A DNA stretch of 64,000 nucleotides from Spirochaetia bacterium (GTDB lineage Bacteria; Spirochaetota; Spirochaetia; DSM-2461). A program made the position numbers and the translations under genes. Shown piece after piece: positions 58,772-64,000 of the stretch. The notes beneath the pieces are model-generated. The model was not told the DNA's origin and ran no database searches. It saw only the letters and a list, made by a program, of their open reading frames with translations. The stretch is from positions 2,752,001 to 2,816,000 of the forward strand of contig OY764216.1 of assembly GCA_963668315.1 (NCBI GenBank), written 5' to 3'. Position 1 is the stretch's first letter. Every line of letters begins with the position of its first letter.

Positions 58772-61470
58772 ACCTGGGCCAGATCCTTCCCGAGTCTTGC
58801 AGAAAGAAGTATAAATTCGGTCATTTCATTATCAATCTGGCCATGGATTACGGTTTTTCCGATATTCAGGCAACCCAGTGGGCGGCTTACTCTTCGGAAC
58901 TGGTAAAAACGGGAAGGGATGAATATTTGGTGACACCCGTTACCATCTTCCTTGAGGACAGACATGGACAGGCCCATCTGGGAATAACGTTGAGAGAGCT
59001 GGATCTGGTTGATAGGCATCATCCCTATCTCGCCTTTTTTGACGAGTCTTTTGCCCGGGAGGAGGGGGGAACTCTCTCTCTGACCCTTTTGAAGAAGCTG
59101 CCCGATCCCACTGTGATGGGGGATTCGGACCTGATAGGAAAATGGCAGGGACGTTTTTCCGAGCCGACAAAGGATTCCCTTTTCAGAATACTGCAGAAAC
59201 AGAATCTTGAACTGGAAAAAGCGAAGGAAGAGGCCGAGGCCGCCACTAAGGCCAAGGGGGACTTTCTGGCTAACATGAGCCATGAAATAAGAACCCCCAT
59301 GAATGCCATAATCGGCCTGAATTCCCTTTTGGCCAAAACGGATTTGAATAAAAAGCAGCTGGACTATGTTAACAAGATCAGCCATTCGGCCCTGAGCCTT
59401 CTGGGAATTATCAATGATATCCTTGATTTTTCCAAGATTGAAGCGGGGAAAATGGCCATAGAGAAGACGCCCTTTCAGCTTAATGAAGTTCTCGATAACC
59501 TCTCCAGTCTGGTGGGAGAGAAAGTATGCGGGAAGGACCTGGAGCTGGTTTTCAACTATGATATGGAAATTCCCCATACGCTGATAGGCGATCCCCTTCG
59601 TCTGGGGCAGATCCTTCTGAATCTTACCAATAACGCGGTGAAATTTACCGAAAAGGGTGAGATCGTTGTTTCCGCCGCCCTGGTGGAGAAGAGTGAAAGG
59701 GACGTAACGATTCTTTTTAAAGTCACCGATACGGGAATCGGCCTGACCCGGGAGCAGAGTGATAGGCTTTTCCAGTCCTTTTCACAGGCGGATACGTCCA
59801 CGACAAGAAAATACGGGGGAACTGGTCTGGGACTGGCGATCAGCAAGAATTTGTCCGAACTGATGGGCGGTTCCATCGGCGTGGAGAGCGAATACGGAAA
59901 GGGGAGCACGTTCTATTTCACCACAATTATGGGGATAGGAAGGGAAAAGGTCTGCCGTATTCCTCCCCGGGAGCTGAAGGGGCTTAATGTTCTCGTCGTG
60001 GATGATAACGAGACAGCCCGTGATGTGCTCTGCGCCTATCTGGAGGATTTTTCCTTCCATGTGAATGCCGTCAGGAACGGAGAACAGGCATGCCGTGAGA
60101 TTATTACGGCGAAAGCGGCTGAAGGGAAGGAGTACGACCTGGTGCTGATGGACTATAAAATGCCCGGAATAAACGGTATCGAAACGGCCCTGAAAATCCG
60201 TACGGAACTGGAGAATATCAGAGACCCGAAGATTATCATGGTTACCGGCATGGGCAGGGAAGAGATTATTTGGAAGGCCGATGAAATCTCCCTGGACGGC
60301 TTTCTCATCAAACCCGTCAGTCCGTCCATGCTGTTTGATACCATCATGGATGTTTTCGGCAGAAAAATTCAGGTCTTCTCTAACCTCCGTGAGGAGAGAG
60401 AGGCTAAACCTGAGGGTTTTGAGGGAATACGGGGCGCCCGCATACTGCTGACAGAGGATAACGATATCAATCAGCAGGTGGCAGGAGAGACCCTGGAGCA
60501 GGAGGGCTTCATTGTCGATTTTGCCGATAACGGGCAGGAAGCGGTGGATAAAGCGTCTCTGACCCCATATGACTGCATTCTCATGGATCTCCAGATGCCC
60601 GTTCTTGACGGATACCAGGCAACGGCGAAAATACGGGAGAAAGCATCCTTTGGGGATCTTCCGATTATCGCGATGACTGCCGATGCCATGGTGGGGGTGA
60701 AGGAGCGGACACTGAAAGCGGGAATGAATGACTATGTCACCAAGCCCTTTAATCCCTCGGAGCTCTGGAGGGCCCTCGTGAGGTGGATTCCCCAGGGAGA
60801 CCGGACGGTGCCAGTAAGGAAAAACAGGGAAGGAGCAGGCTCCGCCGATGGGGGGGGAAGTCTTCTCTCCACCCTGGCCGTCGAGGGACTGAACAGCGAG
60901 GCTGGTCTGAGGCGGCTGAACGGAAACGGGACGCTATATCTCAGTCTTCTTCGTAAATTCATCAGGGATTTCTTATCTTCCCCCGCTGACATAAGGGAGC
61001 GGCTCTCCCGGGGAGACGGTAAGGGCGCCGAGAGAATAGCCCATACGGTCAAAGGCGCGGCGGGGAACATCGGTGCCGAGGATGTGCAGAATCGGGCGGC
61101 AGAACTGGATCGGGTTTTGAAGAAGGAGGGGGCGGTTCCCGAGGCTTTACTCCTTGACAATCTTGAAAAAGCCCTGGAGCTTCTGGGCGAGTCACTGGAA
61201 AAAAGCGGCCTGGTCGGGGAAGAGGAAATCCCCGCTGAGACGTCGGGCAGGACGATCTCCCGGGATGAGGCCCGTACACTTCTTGAGGAGCTTCGGGAGA
61301 TCATCAAGACAAGGCAGCCGAAGCGGTGTGCGGCGTTTCTGGACAAATGGGACAGCCGGCATTTCCCGGAGGACTGCCGAGAGGATATGCAGGAACTATA
61401 TGCCATTATCAGCGGGTATCGGTTCCGGGACGCCGGCCGGCTTGTGTCGGAGATCCTGGAGCGGTTTTAA
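58765..61470 (+). CDS. Cytoplasmic hybrid histidine kinase (HisKA-HATPase-REC-REC-Hpt)
   Basis: [27 protein letters not shown], two receiver domains (MDYKMP, MDLQMP), Hpt AHTVKG. Confidence 0.93.
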   Translation: MVNLGQILPESCRKKYKFGHFIINLAMDYGFSDIQATQWAAYSSELVKTGRDEYLVTPVTIFLEDRHGQAHLGITLRELDLVDRHHPYLAFFDESFAREEGGTLSLTLLKKLPDPTVMGDSDLIGKWQGRFSEPTKDSLFRILQKQNLELEKAKEEAEAATKAKGDFLANMSHEIRTPMNAIIGLNSLLAKTDLNKKQLDYVNKISHSALSLLGIINDILDFSKIEAGKMAIEKTPFQLNEVLDNLSSLVGEKVCGKDLELVFNYDMEIPHTLIGDPLRLGQILLNLTNNAVKFTEKGEIVVSAALVEKSERDVTILFKVTDTGIGLTREQSDRLFQSFSQADTSTTRKYGGTGLGLAISKNLSELMGGSIGVESEYGKGSTFYFTTIMGIGREKVCRIPPRELKGLNVLVVDDNETARDVLCAYLEDFSFHVNAVRNGEQACREIITAKAAEGKEYDLVLMDYKMPGINGIETALKIRTELENIRDPKIIMVTGMGREEIIWKADEISLDGFLIKPVSPSMLFDTIMDVFGRKIQVFSNLREEREAKPEGFEGIRGARILLTEDNDINQQVAGETLEQEGFIVDFADNGQEAVDKASLTPYDCILMDLQMPVLDGYQATAKIREKASFGDLPIIAMTADAMVGVKERTLKAGMNDYVTKPFNPSELWRALVRWIPQGDRTVPVRKNREGAGSADGGGSLLSTLAVEGLNSEAGLRRLNGNGTLYLSLLRKFIRDFLSSPADIRERLSRGDGKGAERIAHTVKGAAGNIGAEDVQNRAAELDRVLKKEGAVPEALLLDNLEKALELLGESLEKSGLVGEEEIPAETSGRTISRDEARTLLEELREIIKTRQPKRCAAFLDKWDSRHFPEDCREDMQELYAIISGYRFRDAGRLVSEILERF

Positions 61471-61524
61471 TTCTGTCCGTTCAGGAGGATCCATTCAGAT
61501 CCTCAGGCAAGCAGGAAGGGTTTT

Positions 61525-62637
61525 ATGATTACGTTGGAAGATAAGGATGTTTTGATTGTAGATGATACGGAGAGTAATCTGGACATGCTCATGTATGCCC
61601 TGCAGGACTCCTATCGAATCAGCGTCGCCCTGGATGCCGAATCGGCCTTTGATATTCTGGAAAATACTGTTCCCGATCTAATCCTCCTCGATGTCGTCAT
61701 GCCGGGAATGAGCGGCTTCGATATGTGCCGGTTACTGAAGAATAACCCCCGCTACAGTGATATTCCCATTATCTTCCTGACCGTTATGGATCAGCTCGCC
61801 GATAAAACGAAGGGGTTCGAGCTGGGAGCTGTTGACTACATAACCAAGCCCTTTGAGATTCCCGAGGTAAAAGCAAGGGTGAGAAGTCAGCTTCTGCTTC
61901 ACGAAGCCACGGGGCAGTTAGCCAGGCAGAATGAACTCCTGGAGGAGAAGGTGAGGGAGCGGACCCGTGAACTGGAAGACACGCAGGACATAACCATAAA
62001 CAGCCTGGCCTTTCTGGCCGAGATAAGGGATAACGAGACGGGCAGTCATATCAGGAGAACGAGAAACTATATCCAGGCGCTTATTGAGGAACTGACGGGC
62101 AAGGGGCATTTCAGGGAGATTCTGACGGAGCAGAGAAAAGGACTTATGGTCAAATCCGCCACCCTCCACGACATCGGCAAAGTGGGGATTCCCGATCGTA
62201 TCCTCATGAAGCCGGGACAGCTGACAAACGAGGAATTCGATTTTATGAAAAAGCATACCGAATTGGGGAAGGAGGCTCTGGTGAAGTCGAACCGGGGCAT
62301 GGGAAACTGCTGTTTTCTGTCCCATGCTATTAAATTCGCCTATTCCCACCATGAGAAATGGGACGGCTCCGGCTACCCCTGCGGATTTGCCGGTGAGGAT
62401 ATCCCCCTGGAAGGACGGCTTATGGCCATTGCCGATGTGTATGATGCCCTGATCTCCACCCGGATTTATAAACCGCCCTTTTCCCATTCAAAGGCCTGCG
62501 CCATTATCAAGGAGAGCTGCGGGACCCATTTCGATCCTCTGATGGTCCAAACCTTTGAAGCGGTTAATAATCAGTTCCGACACATAGCGGAACAGTTCTG
62601 CGACAGTGAGAAGGAGTGGATAGCACTCCAGGAATAA
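61525..62637 (+). CDS. Response regulator with an HD-GYP cyclic di-GMP phosphodiesterase domain (RpfG-like)
   Basis: REC (LLDVVMP), LHDIGK, HHEKWDGSGYP, AIADVYDAL. Confidence 0.93.
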   Translation: MITLEDKDVLIVDDTESNLDMLMYALQDSYRISVALDAESAFDILENTVPDLILLDVVMPGMSGFDMCRLLKNNPRYSDIPIIFLTVMDQLADKTKGFELGAVDYITKPFEIPEVKARVRSQLLLHEATGQLARQNELLEEKVRERTRELEDTQDITINSLAFLAEIRDNETGSHIRRTRNYIQALIEELTGKGHFREILTEQRKGLMVKSATLHDIGKVGIPDRILMKPGQLTNEEFDFMKKHTELGKEALVKSNRGMGNCCFLSHAIKFAYSHHEKWDGSGYPCGFAGEDIPLEGRLMAIADVYDALISTRIYKPPFSHSKACAIIKESCGTHFDPLMVQTFEAVNNQFRHIAEQFCDSEKEWIALQE

Positions 62638-62667
62638 AACCGGAGAGATCCGGCGGGATCCGCTAGA

Positions 62668-62841
62668 TCAGCGGTTAATGATGATTTTGCCCTCTTCGTG
62701 AGGAGCAACCTCGCGGTAAGAGCTGTCATTCAGATATCGGCATACCCCGAGAACAATTCTTCTGGTTTTTTGACTGAGATCCCTGTTGACCAGGACTCTT
62801 TTCAGATAAAGAAGATCCTTTCGTTTAAATGTTCTTGTCAT
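62668..62841 (-). CDS. Small basic hypothetical protein (57 aa), absent from the ORF track
   Basis: Hand-translated MTRTFKRKDLLYLKRVLVNRDLSQKTRRIVLGVCRYLNDSSYREVAPHEEGKIIINR; AGGAG 7 nt upstream of the ATG; fills an intergenic gap. Confidence 0.55.
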   Translation of the reverse strand: MTRTFKRKDLLYLKRVLVNRDLSQKTRRIVLGVCRYLNDSSYREVAPHEEGKIIINR

Positions 62842-63038
62842 TGCTCTCTCCTGGCAAAAATGGGGAATGGAACGGTCATCCTTTTACAAACGAACACGCC
62901 CTCTTTCCTATCTCTTATCTGCTTCCCCCCGGATATGATAAAACAGACCCGGTTTTTCCTCTTACCGGAACATCCCCTTTTTATCATAATATAGGACAAT
63001 GTCTAGAGAAAAACTCAGTAAACGTATATAATCTTTTT

Positions 63039-63758
63039 CTATGGGGCGTCCGGAAGGGGAATGTATCTGTATCCCCTTCCGTGGACTGTAATTATATATC
63101 GAGGCAATCGGGAATTATTTTCCACTTTCCGCCTGAGTTTGGCTATGTGCTGGTCCAGAGTCCTCGTTGTTCCCCCGTATTCCACACCCCAGAGATCTTC
63201 CAGCAGTTTATCCCGGGACAGGGCTTCTCCGGGATGGGATGCGAAATAGAAAAGGAGGGCGACTTCCCTTTCGGTCAGTTCTTCCTCCCTCTCCTCTGCA
63301 TGGAAGCGGAGTGTCCGGGGATTGACAGCCCCTCCTGCGAAGGGAAATTCATCCCGGGGCAGCCATCCCGTACTTTCTTCCTTTTCTTCGGTCGGCATGG
63401 TTCGCCGCAGCACGGATTTTATCCGCGCCAGAAGCTCACGAACCCCGAATGGTTTGACGATATAATCGTCGGCTCCCATCTCCAGTCCCACAACCTTGTC
63501 TATCTCCTCCTCCCGGGCTGAGAGGAAGATCACCGGTACACGGCTGTCGCATCGGCGGATTTCCCGGCATACTTCATAGCCGCTCATCCCGGGCATCATA
63601 ATATCCAGCAGAGCCAGATCGGCTCCCTTTTCCCTGAAAAGACTCAGGGCGGAACGACCGTCGGGTGCTGCGATCGTCCCATACCCCTCGTCATTCAGAA
63701 GGTCTATCAGACCTTCCCTTATGGGTTCTTCGTCTTCCGCTATGAGAATGCGTATCAT
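63039..63758 (-). CDS. OmpR/PhoB family response regulator
   Basis: ILIAEDE, LLDIMMP, GADDYIVKPF, wHTH RTLDQHIAKLRRK..ITVHGRGY. Confidence 0.93.
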   Translation of the reverse strand: MIRILIAEDEEPIREGLIDLLNDEGYGTIAAPDGRSALSLFREKGADLALLDIMMPGMSGYEVCREIRRCDSRVPVIFLSAREEEIDKVVGLEMGADDYIVKPFGVRELLARIKSVLRRTMPTEEKEESTGWLPRDEFPFAGGAVNPRTLRFHAEEREEELTEREVALLFYFASHPGEALSRDKLLEDLWGVEYGGTTRTLDQHIAKLRRKVENNSRLPRYIITVHGRGYRYIPLPDAP

Positions 63759-64000
63759 ACAATATCTCCCGATTCCGCAGCTGGGGGAAAGGACAGGGTA
63801 AAGCGGCTGCCGCGCCGGTAGTTTGTTCTGTCCCGGGGGGTGCATGTCAGGCGGCCCCCGTGGTTCTTCATGATATGGGCGGCGATGGCAAGACCCAGTC
63901 CGGTCCCTTTATAGCGGGAGGTGATGGACGTGTCCACCCGGTAGAATTCCCGGAAAATCTTCCTGCGGAATGGACGGGGAATGCCGATGCCCCTGTCCGC
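63755..64000 (-). CDS. Sensor histidine kinase, C-terminal HATPase part (runs off the window)
   Basis: [27 protein letters not shown] overlap with the response regulator. Confidence 0.88.
   Translation of the reverse strand, partial: ADRGIGIPRPFRRKIFREFYRVDTSITSRYKGTGLGLAIAAHIMKNHGGRLTCTPRDRTNYRRGSRFTLSFPPAAESGDIV

Noticed and set aside
62829..63521. 230-aa plus-strand ORF
   Set aside because: Antisense shadow of the OmpR-family regulator
1..64000. CRISPR arrays, IS elements, integrases, tRNA/rRNA, anti-phage defence genes
   Set aside because: No regularly spaced repeats, transposase/integrase motifs or RNA gene signatures seen; the STAND protein ends in a signalling kinase rather than a nuclease or other toxic effector

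Overview
A GC-rich bacterial chromosomal segment, probably from a free-living anaerobic spirochaete. This is inferred from the solute-binding protein signal peptides (e.g. FLPANGSKE, VFGNGKEE) and the MCP type. No rRNA, tRNA, CRISPR array, transposase or prophage gene was seen. About 50 genes fall into these modules: (1) aroM-like + DUF1177 + PucR regulator; (2) a ROK-associated sugar locus (beta-propeller protein, ABC transporter, GH3, Cys-type sulfatase); (3) a two-component system with an ABC transporter and GH29 fucosidase; (4) an FMN-binding lipoprotein, hydroxyacid dehydrogenase, ATE-like transferase and pentapeptide-repeat protein; (5) a 15-kb LacI-led operon with an MsmEFG-like ABC transporter, GH151-like hydrolase, sucrose phosphorylase, esterase, GH32, GH172 (DUF2961), GH13 oligo-1,6-glucosidase and an ADP-ribosylglycohydrolase-family protein; (6) a giant pseudokinase-STAND ATPase-GAF-histidine kinase coupled to a PAS-GGDEF cyclase; (7) GH35, amidohydrolase, ldhA, a beta-helix lipoprotein and an MCP; (8) a complete stressosome operon (rsbR-S-T-X) wired to a hybrid kinase and a REC-HD-GYP phosphodiesterase. 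The strongest novelty candidates are the GH172/ARH furanoside-catabolism operon and the atypical stressosome, which has a Cys-rich PAS RsbR and an RsbS lacking its phosphoacceptor serine. All family calls come from motif recognition, not database searches.
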